A DNA stretch of 64,000 bases from Tortispora ganteri (Eukaryota), in the NCBI GenBank assembly GCA_003707115.1, contig PPNB01000008.1, forward strand, positions 1-64,000. The letters are read 5' to 3'. Under the pieces are notes generated by a model. The model worked only from the letters and a program-made list of their open reading frames with translations, was not told the origin of the DNA and ran no database searches. Shown here in pieces: positions 39,865-50,717 of this stretch. Made by a program: the position numbers and the translations under genes. Position 1 is the stretch's first letter, and each line of letters starts with the position of its first letter.

Positions 39865-40078
39865 TCTTTCTATATTACTATTTACTAACTGCCAGGTTTT
39901 AATTGAGTATACAGGTTTATAACATTTTTATTATTGCATAAAAATCTATAGAATGTGACTTTCTGTGTATTAAAATTTATTTTTATCTTTGCAAACCTCT
40001 ATTATCATTAATACCTTAGGATGAAAATTAATAAGAAATTGCCTGGTGGCCGACTGGTCACAGGCCTAGTTGGGTTAG

Positions 40079-40152
40079 GGTTCTGTGGTGTAGTTGGTTA
40101 TCACGTCTCGTTCACACCGAGGAGGTCTCGCGTTCGAACCGCGGCAGAATCA
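40079..40152 (+). tRNA. tRNA-Val(CAC)
   Basis: Acceptor GGTTCTG/CAGAATC, D-arm TAGTTGG, anticodon arm TCTCG-TTCACAC-CGAGG, T-loop GTTCGAA, and a downstream T-run terminator. Confidence 0.95.
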
Positions 40153-40286
40153 AGCTCAACTATTACTTTTTTGCTAATTTTTATTACTGAAGAAATTAAT
40201 AATTATATTAAGCTTCAAAAATTTTTAACAAGATAACTCTAACACTGCGTGGTGTTGTATTAATGTGTAGTTGATATTTGCAATAA

Positions 40287-40308
40287 TAGGGTTTTACCCT
40301 AACGTGAC
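40287..40308 (+). promoter_or_regulatory. Paired Tbf1-type sites with a degenerate E-box in the RPL1 promoter
   Basis: TAGGGTTTTACCCTAA (inverted pair) overlapping AACGTGAC. Confidence 0.55.
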
Positions 40309-40425
40309 TGTGCGTTGGGAGATACTCAATAACCACTAACATGCACATCGAATCAAGAATACTTTTCCACTACACATATTACGGATTTACCAACGATATA
40401 TATTCGATTTGGGAGGTAGTTAAAA

Positions 40426-41076
40426 ATGTCTAAACTCTCTACCGCATCAGTCCGTAGCAATGTTCAAGAATTATTAGAGGCTTCTAATAAGAAGAAGCGT
40501 AATTTCCTTGAGACCATTGAACTTCAAATTGGTCTTAAGAATTACGATCCTCAAAGAGACAAACGTTTCTCTGGAACTGTCAAACTTCCTTTAGTTCCTC
40601 GTCCTAACATGAGCATCTGCATTTTTGGTGACGCTCACGACGTTGAGCGTGCGCGTTCTATTGGTGTTGATGCCATGTCTGTTGATGACCTCAAGAAGTT
40701 GAACAAGAACAAAAAGTTGATCAAGAAGCTCGCCAAGAAGTACAACGCTTTTGTTGCCTCTGAGACTCTTATCAAGCAGGTTCCCCGTCTCCTTGGTCCT
40801 CAGCTCTCCAAGGCCGGTAAGTTTCCTACCCCTGTTTCTCACTCTGACGATTTGTACCAGAAGATTCAGGAGGTCAAATCCACCGTTAAGTTCCAGTTGA
40901 AGAAGGTTTTGTGTCTCGCTGTTGCTGTCGGTAATGTTGAAATGACCGAAGATGAGATTGTTACTCAAATCATGATCGCCTCTAACTTCTTGGTTTCGTT
41001 ACTTAAGAAACACTGGCAAAACATCGGATCTCTTACTATTAAGTCCACTATGGGCCCTGGTATCCGCATCTACTAA
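40426..41076 (+). CDS. RPL1: 60S ribosomal protein uL1
   Basis: [49 protein letters not shown]. Confidence 0.98.
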   Translation: MSKLSTASVRSNVQELLEASNKKKRNFLETIELQIGLKNYDPQRDKRFSGTVKLPLVPRPNMSICIFGDAHDVERARSIGVDAMSVDDLKKLNKNKKLIKKLAKKYNAFVASETLIKQVPRLLGPQLSKAGKFPTPVSHSDDLYQKIQEVKSTVKFQLKKVLCLAVAVGNVEMTEDEIVTQIMIASNFLVSLLKKHWQNIGSLTIKSTMGPGIRIY

Positions 41077-41258
41077 ATGTATATGATGTCCTCTGAACTA
41101 ATATTTGATTATTGTAGTTTTTGTATATTTTAAGTCGAAAAATGACGAAAATGTTTTCGCACTGGTTTAAACTAGTTCGAACTGGCCAGGCCCAATTTGA
41201 CAGCCTCCCAAACGTCGTGCCCTTTACCAATCCACCAGTCATCCGTCTGTTTACCGCC

Positions 41259-42554
41259 ATGGAGCAAAAGGCAGACGAGGCTATTGAGGAAATAAGGGAC
41301 ACAATTATGGACCCTGTTGACGAGCCGGAAATGACACTTGAATCGCCCGGTGTGCAGGCCACAGATGTGGACGAAGACATGGACTTGTTCGGAGCACAGA
41401 GCGAAGAAGAACAGATCGAAAACCCGACCGGCGGGTCAACTGAAGATATATTTGGCGCGGTCTCGGACGACGAGCAGGCGATCCAACAAGATGAATCGTC
41501 TAAGGACGTTGTAATGGAGGTTAAGCTGCCAAAATATGACAACGCTGTTGGTGACTTCAAGGAAACGTATATTGTAAGAGTACCTGCTTTTCTGTCAGTG
41601 CAACCACAGATTTTTGACGAAGAAAAGCATCTAGGAATGGACGAATTTGGGTCTAGTTCCGGAAAAGAACTGCTCGCTCAGGTCCGACATCGTGTTGAGA
41701 ATACTATTCGGTGGCGTCGAACAACAGACTCACAAGTGCAATCAAACGCTAGAATCGTTCGATGGTCAGATGGCTCGCAGTCTTTGCAGGTGGGTAATGA
41801 GTTTTACGATATTACTGTCAGCTCGAGTCTTGATAATGTAGTAGCTGTTACCAGAGACAAGCAAGGTGTGTTAGACGCAGTAGCTACTGTGAAGGACTCC
41901 CTGGTTATTGTTCCTACGTCAACTGCTTCACATACTCATAAACTGTTGGTGCAAGCGGTCCAGCAACGTCAACTGAGAGAGAAGTCCGCCACAGTCGGAA
42001 GCTTTGCTACAACTGTAGACCCGGAATTAGCGCAGCGAGAAATCGAGAAACTCGAAATGCTCAAACTGCGTGCCCGAAGAAAACTTGAAGCCAAACGTCG
42101 CAAAGAGGAAGAATCACATGCGGATTTTTATGGTACATCACGGGATGAAGCCTCTACTACAGCTCAGCAGTATGAGACAGACGATTTTGTGGTTTCATCA
42201 GAAGAGGAACCTGAAGAAGAAGACGAGTTAGATGCTGTTGACGAAGAAGCTGAAGAACAGCGCCGGGCTGAACGCTTGCAGCAAGTTAAACGTAAAGGCG
42301 AACAAATATATCGCAAAGCATCTGAGAATAAAGATGACCAAGATGAGGAAAATGAAAACGAAGGCGAGGAGGAACAGGCACCTGACACTAGTGGATCTGA
42401 AACTGCTGCTGACACTGATGCTACAGAATCGAACCAAGGTTCGCCTAAAGAGTCGGCCGACCGCCCAGAGACCGCAGAATCCGCACAAGGTAACTCTACA
42501 GCAGCCTCTAGAAGACGTCGCCTAGTTGTTGACGATGACGATGACGAAGAATAG
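41259..42554 (+). CDS. LEO1: Paf1 complex subunit
   Basis: RVPAFLSVQP, VENTIRWR, SNARIVRWSDGSQSLQVGNE, VPTST, and an acidic tail. Most plausible ATG is GCCATGG at 41259. Confidence 0.9.
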   Translation: MEQKADEAIEEIRDTIMDPVDEPEMTLESPGVQATDVDEDMDLFGAQSEEEQIENPTGGSTEDIFGAVSDDEQAIQQDESSKDVVMEVKLPKYDNAVGDFKETYIVRVPAFLSVQPQIFDEEKHLGMDEFGSSSGKELLAQVRHRVENTIRWRRTTDSQVQSNARIVRWSDGSQSLQVGNEFYDITVSSSLDNVVAVTRDKQGVLDAVATVKDSLVIVPTSTASHTHKLLVQAVQQRQLREKSATVGSFATTVDPELAQREIEKLEMLKLRARRKLEAKRRKEEESHADFYGTSRDEASTTAQQYETDDFVVSSEEEPEEEDELDAVDEEAEEQRRAERLQQVKRKGEQIYRKASENKDDQDEENENEGEEEQAPDTSGSETAADTDATESNQGSPKESADRPETAESAQGNSTAASRRRRLVVDDDDDEE

Positions 42555-42620
42555 AATCGAAATCAAAACCATTAACTGCCATCATAAAATACTTAACGAA
42601 ACTCAATATCGTGTGTATTT

Positions 42621-42632
42621 ACCCTAACCCTA
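42621..42632 (+). promoter_or_regulatory. Tbf1-type site upstream of an H/ACA snoRNA
   Basis: ACCCTAACCCTA followed by TATAAAA, about 100 nt upstream of the predicted snoRNA. Confidence 0.55.
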
Positions 42633-42721
42633 CTCTTAATACTATAAAATCACCAATGAAGACTTTTCTTGCTCCTTACATCAGTAGGTTATACTAATAC
42701 TAAAAATATTTGTATAATTTA

Positions 42722-42927
42722 AATGGGGGCTAAAAGTTGAAGAATATGGTGGGCCTGGATCATTGAAGGGTAATGATTCACTATTGACTTCAATGTCAAT
42801 GAAAAGGGTCGCAGCTATTTAATCGTATATCTTCCGTTCCCGCCCCTTAGAAAGAATTCGCCGTGATGCTCGATTATTCCATTTGAGTGTTTTATAATGC
42901 TTAGGTGGACGGGACAGCGGCACATAT
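42722..42927 (+). ncRNA. SNR37: Box H/ACA snoRNA, snR37-like (25S Psi2944 guide)
   Basis: 5' hairpin GGGGC/GCCCC with pocket AGTT/CGTTCCC fitting 25S GGGAACG-U-G-AGCU. H box AAAGAA at 42851. 3' hairpin GCCGT/GCGGC with a 14-bp upper stem. ACA at 42922 followed by 3 nt. Confidence 0.75.
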
Positions 42928-43148
42928 ATCTATCTACATATACAAATATAAATCATATAATTCATATCATGTAGAGCGCGTAGGAAATGATTGTGGTGGT
43001 GTTGCAAAAGAAAAAAAAATATATAGCGCCTTTTAGCGGAAAATTTTCAGGAACGGACTATAGAAAAAAAAATAAAAGTCTCATGGTCTTTAAGTAGCCA
43101 ATAAGTTTGTATATTATATATAAAATATATATAATAAAAATGCAATCT

Positions 43149-46100
43149 TTAGTTATCATAATTCAAGAACGGATTCAATGTCCTAACCGAAAGGCAAGGC
43201 AGCGATGATTTTCCAAGGTCGGCTCTGAGAATAATCGGAACGTGTCTCAGTTCGTTAATTTCTTGAATATAGTTCTTACCATCAACTCGAATTTTCAAAT
43301 TCTTCAAATATTGATCAAGTGGATTCGGAATTGCTTTTAGGGACTGCTTTCGTTCAGGTATAACCAACTTACTACCCCTATCGCTATCAGCTAACAGCGA
43401 ATCGCATCTAGGAATATTCTCCGAAATGTATTCATTGACATTTGTCGACGGCTCAAGTTTGGCAATTGACGCCTCCTTCTTCGACATTAGAATAGTTGCC
43501 TCGACATCCTCTTCCCGCTCAAATATATCAGCAGCATCGAGTAATGATGGGAGCTCTTCCACGGAATCATCTAGTTCAGACATACTCTCATCATGAAGCT
43601 CGACAGCACCACTACTAAATCGGCTAGCCGAGCTGTTATCTCTCGATAATGAAACTTGTGCTGCAGCTGTTCGGATACTAGATGATCGTACTCTTCCTGT
43701 TGATGCTCCAGACAACTTGCGACTCAAAGCAGATTCTTGCTCATCTACAGGAACATAAGTAGCCGGATCAACACCTTTCTGCCAGAATAGTTCAAGGGTC
43801 CTTGTTTCTTTGTTATACTCCGCTTTATGCAAAGGAAGCTGGTCACCGTGCACTCTCTTCTCAATGCCAAACTCTGGAATCAAAACATCAAAAGCAGAAT
43901 CGTATACATTGATGACTAACCCATCACAGATCAGTTGACCAGTTTCTTTAGACATTTGGTCAATCTTTTGACATAGTCTCAAATGAATGGCCTGCATTTG
44001 AGCATTTGCTGACGATTCTTTGCGAAAATTATAGTGCTCAGCTGCTTTGGCTAAACTATCAACGTCCTCATTATACTCGGAATTACTCAAAACCGCGCTG
44101 AGTTGCTGATGTGTCACAATATCTGCATACCGGCTAAATGGCCGATCGAAATGAGTATAAACCGGCAAATTGAATAGGTAATGCTCATAAAAATCAGGAT
44201 CAACCTTTTCTGGGACATAATATTTGGCTCGCTCCATATACTTCACCAAAAGCGTTTCCAGTCCATGGCGCACAGTGTCATCCGTAATTTGAAACAAGCT
44301 TCTGCACAGTGCAGACCCACTGCTCACATCAATGTATAATCCCAGTTTTTGCATTTTATAACTGAATTCTGATAATTTCGGAATAAATGGTTGCGGCTGA
44401 TGTCTCAATAGAGCACGTCCCCCTAAAGAGTCGTATAAGGTTTTAGCTATTATCGAGTTAACCTGAATTGAGATTTCGCTCATCATCTCAACAGAAGGGC
44501 TAGATGCAAAAATATGGTCGCTTATGTAAACCAATTCATCGTCAAGCTGATCAAGGACTCGGAGAATTGGGACACCGGCTGCAGGAGATGACGGGTGAAC
44601 ACCGTATCGTCTTTGGCGCAATCCTTTGGCAACAACTCCTAAAGCTTTGATAGTATCACTTAGCCTAGCGTTGATGTTAGGTGTCGGAGCAAGATCGTAA
44701 ATGGAATCAATATCTTTATATGTAATAGCCTGCTCAGGCTTAATAACTGCCCTGAAAATTCTGGGGCCTGCAGTAGTTTCGTAAGTACGTCGATCAATGT
44801 CAAATTGAATAGCGATCGATACTCTTTCCTTGCCTGGTATAAATCCAACTGCCCTTAAAAATTCTGGCGGAAGCATTTGAATAATACGGTCTTTAGACAG
44901 ACAGGCAGAAGAACCACGCTTGCGAGCTTCTCTTTCAAGGGCAGACCCTGGAGCTAGAAAGTTTGACACATCTGCAATATGAATAGTCAAACGACCAGCT
45001 GTTTCATTTTGGTAATAATCAACAGCAATCTCTGATCCACTTTCGACGTCATATTGAGCTATAGCTATAGGATTAGTATGACGCAGGTCATGGCGAGAAC
45101 TAATTACGCTTTCTGAAAGGGTGTTGCGGTCAGCAGGGCAGCTTCTAATAAGAGTTTCGCTAAATTCCTCAGCAACAAAGTTATTATCACGCAATATGGC
45201 TTTGATCTCTACCTCAGCATCTTCTGAAGATCCAAGCTCTTCAAATAGCGTTCCAAATGGATGTAGAGATGTGATAGGCCATCTTTTGATAGAGGCAACG
45301 AACAGTTTATCAGCATAGCTTTGATGATTTTCTACAAAATCATTAGGTGCCTGCTCTATAGGTATAGCTACCAATGGTACCCTCTTATCCGTAGGTTTAA
45401 ACCAAACAATTTTAGGACGATCAGAAGATTTTGATGAAGTGTCTTTACGATCAAAATCTTGTTTATCCTTTGTGGCTTGAGAGGAGGGTCTTAGCAGACC
45501 AAGGTTGCCACTAAACAACTGTCCAGGGACACGATCAATAATTGCGACAACATGACCTGCATACAATGGTTTCAGGTCATCATTGATTTCCTCTTCTTCT
45601 GTAAGCAGGATACTTTGACCTTCAACTTCGACATCGTCATTTTTCTTTTGGATTGGACGTTGTCTGAGACTTCCGCGTCTTTGAAGCCCAAATGAATTCG
45701 CAGTTGATCCTTCTTCTAAGTCACGACGTTTCTTCTTCTCTTCCTTGTCGCGCTTAGCATTCCAGACTTCATCGACAGCGAGCAATTCTACGGCAACCAG
45801 GTCGCCTTCGAGGGCTCTGTTCCTGTCCTTGGAACCACAAATGTAAATATCGGCATCCAACAATCCACCTGTTGATACATATGCATCTGAGCGGTTTTTT
45901 TTGTTAACACGTAATATACCTGCCACAAGCTTACCTTCAGCTATCAAACCAGGAAGAGCTGCTTGAGGTAGATACGGAGTGAACAAACTTTTGCGTTGCC
46001 CATGAGATTGGCTTGATATAGAAGAGACTGAAGCACTAGGGGCATGGCGGCGATTTCCTGCATGAAATCCACCGTCATAATTAGACTGCAAAAAAGAGCC

Positions 46101-47123
46101 TGAAATACAATCATTAGATATCCCGGATTGAGATGAGCGCCAATTGGAGTCCATGTTACGCGAAGACGCGCGTTCATGACCAAAACGCCTCCATTCCTCA
46201 TTTTGGTCTGACGGGAGTTGCATTTGACGCACTGGCGACCTAGAAGAGCCATATGTCTGGGTAGATATAGACCTTGAATGGCCCAAGGAGCTGAAGCGCG
46301 AATGTGACGTCGGCCGGGGGGAGGAGCCAGAATTAGATGTTGGTATCTCATTAGAGGGACTTCGAATGTGAATTGCAGGTCCTTGATGAACAGGTGAAGA
46401 GTTTCCTTTATCAGGAGATGAAGAGGGTGGGGGAAACTGAAAAGCACCCGAAGAAGCGGCAATGGGCGAAGTAGCGGAATAGGCCTGTTGAGAGCCTTGA
46501 GCTGGAGTGGTTGAGGTTGGTGAGGTGCGTAATTGTTGAGAGATAGCGGCAGCTCTTTTGGCTTCAGTCAAAGCGAGTGAGTGTCTACGACCGTGCCCGG
46601 AAACCGAAGAATGCGCAGAGGGATGTGATGCTTGGCGCGAGATGGATGAAGGGGGTGGCATAGGCGTAGAGGAAGATTCTGCAAAAGCATTAGTAGACTG
46701 AGCTCTGCGATGTCCTATAAAGTCAGAATTAGGGTGAGGTAAAGAGTAGGACTGAGCAGATGAAGATGAGGTCGATGCAGGGAAAGACGGGAAGGAGGGG
46801 TTTTTGCGAAAAGCAGAGTTTGTAGCAGAAGCGGAAGATGAGATTCCCATTTGCTGCTGCTGTGAGATGATTTGCTGCTGCTGTTGCTGGAGTTGTTCGA
46901 GTCGTTTCTGCAAGGCCAATTGCTCAGCAATGAGTGGGGTAAGTTCAGATGGAGAGCGGCGATGCGCTATGTGGAGGGAGCGAGACAGTCGGCCGCGTGT
47001 GATGGCCATGTCTGGGCCAGGAGGGCCGATGTCAGAAGCGGCTGTCTGTGCGAAAGACGGAGACAAGCCAGGCGGTTTTGACGGGGCGGAGTTATTGATA
47101 TTCTGAGTATTATAATTGTACAT
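43149..47123 (-). CDS. SSD1: RNase II-family pseudonuclease mRNA-binding protein
   Basis: LHIAHRRSPSELTPL, multiple HxRxxS Cbk1 sites, RKSLFTPYLPQA, DIYICGSKDRNRALEGD, KRWPITSLHPFG, YTHFDRPFSRYAD. Confidence 0.96.
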   Translation of the reverse strand: MYNYNTQNINNSAPSKPPGLSPSFAQTAASDIGPPGPDMAITRGRLSRSLHIAHRRSPSELTPLIAEQLALQKRLEQLQQQQQQIISQQQQMGISSSASATNSAFRKNPSFPSFPASTSSSSAQSYSLPHPNSDFIGHRRAQSTNAFAESSSTPMPPPSSISRQASHPSAHSSVSGHGRRHSLALTEAKRAAAISQQLRTSPTSTTPAQGSQQAYSATSPIAASSGAFQFPPPSSSPDKGNSSPVHQGPAIHIRSPSNEIPTSNSGSSPRPTSHSRFSSLGHSRSISTQTYGSSRSPVRQMQLPSDQNEEWRRFGHERASSRNMDSNWRSSQSGISNDCISGSFLQSNYDGGFHAGNRRHAPSASVSSISSQSHGQRKSLFTPYLPQAALPGLIAEGKLVAGILRVNKKNRSDAYVSTGGLLDADIYICGSKDRNRALEGDLVAVELLAVDEVWNAKRDKEEKKKRRDLEEGSTANSFGLQRRGSLRQRPIQKKNDDVEVEGQSILLTEEEEINDDLKPLYAGHVVAIIDRVPGQLFSGNLGLLRPSSQATKDKQDFDRKDTSSKSSDRPKIVWFKPTDKRVPLVAIPIEQAPNDFVENHQSYADKLFVASIKRWPITSLHPFGTLFEELGSSEDAEVEIKAILRDNNFVAEEFSETLIRSCPADRNTLSESVISSRHDLRHTNPIAIAQYDVESGSEIAVDYYQNETAGRLTIHIADVSNFLAPGSALEREARKRGSSACLSKDRIIQMLPPEFLRAVGFIPGKERVSIAIQFDIDRRTYETTAGPRIFRAVIKPEQAITYKDIDSIYDLAPTPNINARLSDTIKALGVVAKGLRQRRYGVHPSSPAAGVPILRVLDQLDDELVYISDHIFASSPSVEMMSEISIQVNSIIAKTLYDSLGGRALLRHQPQPFIPKLSEFSYKMQKLGLYIDVSSGSALCRSLFQITDDTVRHGLETLLVKYMERAKYYVPEKVDPDFYEHYLFNLPVYTHFDRPFSRYADIVTHQQLSAVLSNSEYNEDVDSLAKAAEHYNFRKESSANAQMQAIHLRLCQKIDQMSKETGQLICDGLVINVYDSAFDVLIPEFGIEKRVHGDQLPLHKAEYNKETRTLELFWQKGVDPATYVPVDEQESALSRKLSGASTGRVRSSSIRTAAAQVSLSRDNSSASRFSSGAVELHDESMSELDDSVEELPSLLDAADIFEREEDVEATILMSKKEASIAKLEPSTNVNEYISENIPRCDSLLADSDRGSKLVIPERKQSLKAIPNPLDQYLKNLKIRVDGKNYIQEINELRHVPIILRADLGKSSLPCLSVRTLNPFLNYDN

Positions 47124-47612
47124 TATAAATATAAGCAGGGATATGAAAGGAAAAGAGGGGTGATTAGCTGCCGGTGGTGATCAATTTGATGAGTCTAAAA
47201 GGGTAGGGAGGCGGCGAGTGGGATAAGATAGGAAGTCACTGAAAAGTGGGATAAGGTGAAGCAATTGAAAGAAAAAACTCCAAATGATAAGTTCTATCAA
47301 CACAATATTATGACCAACAAAGAAAGTAGATACCCTTTTGGCCGATAAATGGTAAAGGAAAGAAGATGAAACGTAGCCAGGGGCTAAAAAAGAAGATGAA
47401 GAAGATGGTGATATTCAGACTAAAAGTAGAACTGGGATGAAAGTCAAGTAGGGTAACATTTGATAAGTATAATCTAGAGGGGGGGGCGCGGGCGAGCGCG
47501 GGCGGCTCGAAGCGACTTTTTCCAGGCGAACGGCGACAATAGTGGCAGCATATTGGATTTTGATGAAATATTTAACTTGAATGGATAGAATAATAACGCG
47601 AATATGCTGTAG

Positions 47613-48716
47613 CTATTTTGTGAGTATACTTATGACATCTTCGTCGGCGACGTGGTGCGACAGACCGCATTTTTGAGGATTGTGTTTGGCGCTTACACCC
47701 CATACGAGAGCGTACTTGAACTGGTCTTTGATAGATCTGTGGATACGGTCGCAGACGTTTTCGATTGTGCTGTTTGATCTGACAACTAGGGCGTCATCGA
47801 AACTTGGCGGTTCACCTTTGCGTTTTGTGTAGATTCTAAGAAGTTTCAAATCGTCCCATATACGTTCTACTAGGACGTCAAGTCCGAGTTCGAGATGACA
47901 GCTAATTACCACAGTATCAGGCAGTCTGGCAAGACGGTCGACCTCTTCTAAGGAGACTGCATCGATCTTGTTGTATGCGTAGAGACAGGGGATGTATGCG
48001 ATATGCTGTGCGTTTATGACGTCGATGAAATCATCGACAGTCACATTTTCGTCACGAATCAGGACATCGGCGTTATGTACTCGATAGTCTCTGAGAATTG
48101 AAGCTATTTGTTTTTCGTCAAGGAACTTTGGAGGTGCAGTAGAAGAGACTTTGATGCCGCCAGTTGTCTTTTGTTTGTAGTATATATTCGGAGGTGTTTT
48201 GTTGAGCCTGATTCCTACTGATTCAAGTTCCTGTTCTAGAATTTCTTTTTGATTGGGGCCCTTAGTTGCATCCAAAACCATTAAAATGAGATCTGCAGTT
48301 TTTGCAGAGGCAATTACCTGTCGTCCGCGGCCCTTGCCTTCACTAGCGCCGCCAATGATTCCAGGGAGGTCAAGGATTTGCAACTCTGCACCGTTGTACT
48401 CGAGTACTCCAGGAACAGATGTGAGTGTTGTGAAAGAGTATTGAGCAACTTCTGATTTTGTTTTTGTTATTTTCGAGAGTAAACTGCTTTTTCCAACAGA
48501 GGGAAAGCCGATTAGTGCGATTCTGGCGTCTCCGCTTTTTGATACTTCAAACCCCTGACCGCCACCAGATGACCCACCAGGCGCTGGTTCGAGCAATTGC
48601 GCTCTATAGCGAGCAAGTTTACCCTTGAGGAGACCAATATGATATTCTGTAGCCTTGTTTTTTTGAGTTCTGGCTAGCTCATCTTCGATTTGTTGGATCT
48701 TCTCTACGATACCCAT
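47613..48716 (-). CDS. RBG2: DRG2-family GTPase
   Basis: [57 protein letters not shown] domain. Confidence 0.95.
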   Translation of the reverse strand: MGIVEKIQQIEDELARTQKNKATEYHIGLLKGKLARYRAQLLEPAPGGSSGGGQGFEVSKSGDARIALIGFPSVGKSSLLSKITKTKSEVAQYSFTTLTSVPGVLEYNGAELQILDLPGIIGGASEGKGRGRQVIASAKTADLILMVLDATKGPNQKEILEQELESVGIRLNKTPPNIYYKQKTTGGIKVSSTAPPKFLDEKQIASILRDYRVHNADVLIRDENVTVDDFIDVINAQHIAYIPCLYAYNKIDAVSLEEVDRLARLPDTVVISCHLELGLDVLVERIWDDLKLLRIYTKRKGEPPSFDDALVVRSNSTIENVCDRIHRSIKDQFKYALVWGVSAKHNPQKCGLSHHVADEDVISILTK

Positions 48717-49105
48717 GGTGTTAGTCGAAAGTCTGATATAGGGTTAGAGTACTTCTTTGTATTTGGTGTAGTTCCGGACAGATTATAATAACTGTGTTAT
48801 TTAGTTATTTTATCTATTTAGACGCTTGTTAAATGATAAATTTAATACCATAGTATTATTTTCAAATGTTTCTGTAAGACTCTTGTAAACGGATGATCAT
48901 ATTTATAGGGTTTCTCGTCGTTGTACGATCTTGTCAAAACGGTTAAAGAACGTCAGTAGCTCTTTGTGGTACTAAATCATCAGAATTATAGAGCTTCAAT
49001 ATAATTCTAAGAATTTTAAGTCGTGTAAATGTCAGTAATAATTAGACTGAAATTTGCTTTAGGTAGCATGATAATAGTGATAGAATGAAATTCAGCAATC
49101 ATACT

Positions 49106-50680
49106 TCATCGGGCTCGGATTTCAGCGCCAATACCAAGTTTTCCTTCTCTCTTCCAGTCCATTTCAAGCAACGCAAGTCGAGTTACTGAGGGAAACTTCT
49201 TGTTTTCAAGAGCTTTAGTCCATATGGATCCTGCCAATGTGAGTAGTTTCTCGCCTTGGGCGCCATATGCGCCAATAAATCGTTTAGAAGCCAAATCCCA
49301 CCAAGATGCAACACAAGCAACATGAGTATGAGAAATCTGATCTAGCGGTAGATTCAGAGTTCTCGAGAGGAATATCCATGAGTGAACTATAGAATAAGGG
49401 CTGTTGAGGTCAGCTTGATTGTTGCTGCCCATTTGTGTGATGACTCCCCATACCGCTACTATTCCCTGCATTCTGTCTGTATGTCTTGATTGATCTTCGA
49501 ACTCTTTTGTGATTTTGTTGAACTTGTAACCCATAGATTTCTTTTTCTCAAAAGTATCAATTTCGCAGTTAAAACCAATTACATACGGACATTTCTTGAC
49601 GAAACGCGCAATTAATATATCGACCAGCACTGGGTATTCTTTCATAAAAAACATAGCGACACTGCCTAATGCTAAAGCTCTTGCAGTATCTGAAGCGACT
49701 TCAGATTCTGCTTGTTGTACAAGACTTTTAGCAAAGAAATTTAAGCACCATTTTAGTTTCAAGTCGCTTTGAGATTTGGCGTCTAAGAATTCATCATTGA
49801 GACTTTCTATGACGATTTTGATTTGAGATACAGAATTAGTTAATTGTCCAATTCTTGGTTTTATTTTTCTTTTTTTTAGCATACACCAATTTTTGGTCTG
49901 CTTGTCGTTATCCAGTTCTTTGTATATGTTTGATTTGATAAATCTGATGATATTAAGATAATAATTTCTATCAGATTCAGCTGGATTTGATTGTTGTTCA
50001 AGTTGATCTTTCTCAAATTGTTTTTCAGAACGCTCCTTTTCTTCTTTTGCAATTCGTTCTTTTTCTTCTTCTGCAATTCGTTCTTTCTCTTCTTTCTCTA
50101 TTCGTTCTTTCTCTTCTTTCTCTATTCGTTCCTCTTCAAGATGCTTTTTCATTCGCTCTTTCTCTTCTTTCTCTATTCGTTCCTCTTCAAGATGCTTTTT
50201 CATTCGTTCTTTCTCAAGTTTTTCCTTTTCATGTTGCTCTCTTTCTTTTAGTTCCTTCTCTAATCGTTCTCTCTCGCTCTTTTCTTCTAATTTCTGTAGT
50301 TCCTTTTTTCGTTGCTCCTCCCTTAAATGTGTTTCTCGCTCACCAATAGCATGCTCAATAGCGCTAGCAGCATTGGAGAGCATGCGCATATGTCTTGAGC
50401 TAACGGTATTCAATGGACTGTCGGCTTTCGCATAATGGTGTAAAGGTTTCGGTGTCGTACTAATGCTGTTGACGAGGTTCTCCAGATCAGCCTGGAATTG
50501 TGCTAAAGATGCCTTCCGCCGGATGAGAGTATCACGTACGATCTCGTCTACGGACGGCGACCTATCAGGCACTGGTATACTGATATTCAACGATTCATCA
50601 ACAAATTTAGCCAGTAGATTAACATCATCGTGTCGTTTAGGAGTCGTTTCGACACCCAGATCTGGGAATGAATATCTCAT
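49106..50680 (-). CDS. GLE1: mRNA export factor
   Basis: E/K coiled coil followed by KRKIKPRIGQLTNS, LNFFAKSLVQQAESEV, ARFVKKCPYVIG, AYGAQGEKLL. Confidence 0.88.
   Translation of the reverse strand: MRYSFPDLGVETTPKRHDDVNLLAKFVDESLNISIPVPDRSPSVDEIVRDTLIRRKASLAQFQADLENLVNSISTTPKPLHHYAKADSPLNTVSSRHMRMLSNAASAIEHAIGERETHLREEQRKKELQKLEEKSERERLEKELKEREQHEKEKLEKERMKKHLEEERIEKEEKERMKKHLEEERIEKEEKERIEKEEKERIAEEEKERIAKEEKERSEKQFEKDQLEQQSNPAESDRNYYLNIIRFIKSNIYKELDNDKQTKNWCMLKKRKIKPRIGQLTNSVSQIKIVIESLNDEFLDAKSQSDLKLKWCLNFFAKSLVQQAESEVASDTARALALGSVAMFFMKEYPVLVDILIARFVKKCPYVIGFNCEIDTFEKKKSMGYKFNKITKEFEDQSRHTDRMQGIVAVWGVITQMGSNNQADLNSPYSIVHSWIFLSRTLNLPLDQISHTHVACVASWWDLASKRFIGAYGAQGEKLLTLAGSIWTKALENKKFPSVTRLALLEMDWKREGKLGIGAEIRAR
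50030..50215 (-). repeat. Intragenic tandem repeats in the GLE1 coiled coil (51-bp duplication plus 24-bp units)
   Basis: EKERMKKHLEEERIEKE occurs twice, followed by ERIEKEEK-like units. Confidence 0.8.
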
Positions 50681-50717
50681 TGTTATGTCGGAGGGTGGGA
50701 CTTACACTTCGACATCG

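Larger units (their letters stand above)
39194..39895 (+). ncRNA. Non-coding multi-intron snoRNA host region (four introns)
   Basis: Donors GTAAGT 39194, (G)TAAGT 39350, GTACGT 39553, GTAAGT 39704. Branchpoints CACTAAC 39334, CACTAAC 39484, AACTAAC 39687, TACTAAC 39883. Acceptors TAG 39350, CAG 39509, CAG 39702, CAG 39895. One C/D snoRNA per intron; no ORF. Confidence 0.85.

Noticed and set aside
40021..40236. 71-aa ORF overlapping the tRNA
   Set aside because: It coincides with tRNA-Val(CAC) and shows no protein features.
42621..42632. ACCCTAACCCTA as a telomerase RNA template
   Set aside because: The same TTAGGG-like doublets occur in several promoters in this window. The downstream structure is explained by an H/ACA snoRNA, and the interval (about 600 nt) is short for a fungal TER.
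48717..48730. GACTAAC just upstream of the RBG2 ATG as the branchpoint of a 5'UTR intron
   Set aside because: There is no AG acceptor between it and the ATG, and the protein N-terminus is complete.
48895..48985. Minus-strand TGATGA...CTGA between GLE1 and RBG2 as a C/D snoRNA
   Set aside because: Only about 8 nt are complementary to 18S (AAAGAGCT), at a position I do not know to be methylated. There is no convincing terminal stem or D box. An Infernal/snoscan run would settle it.
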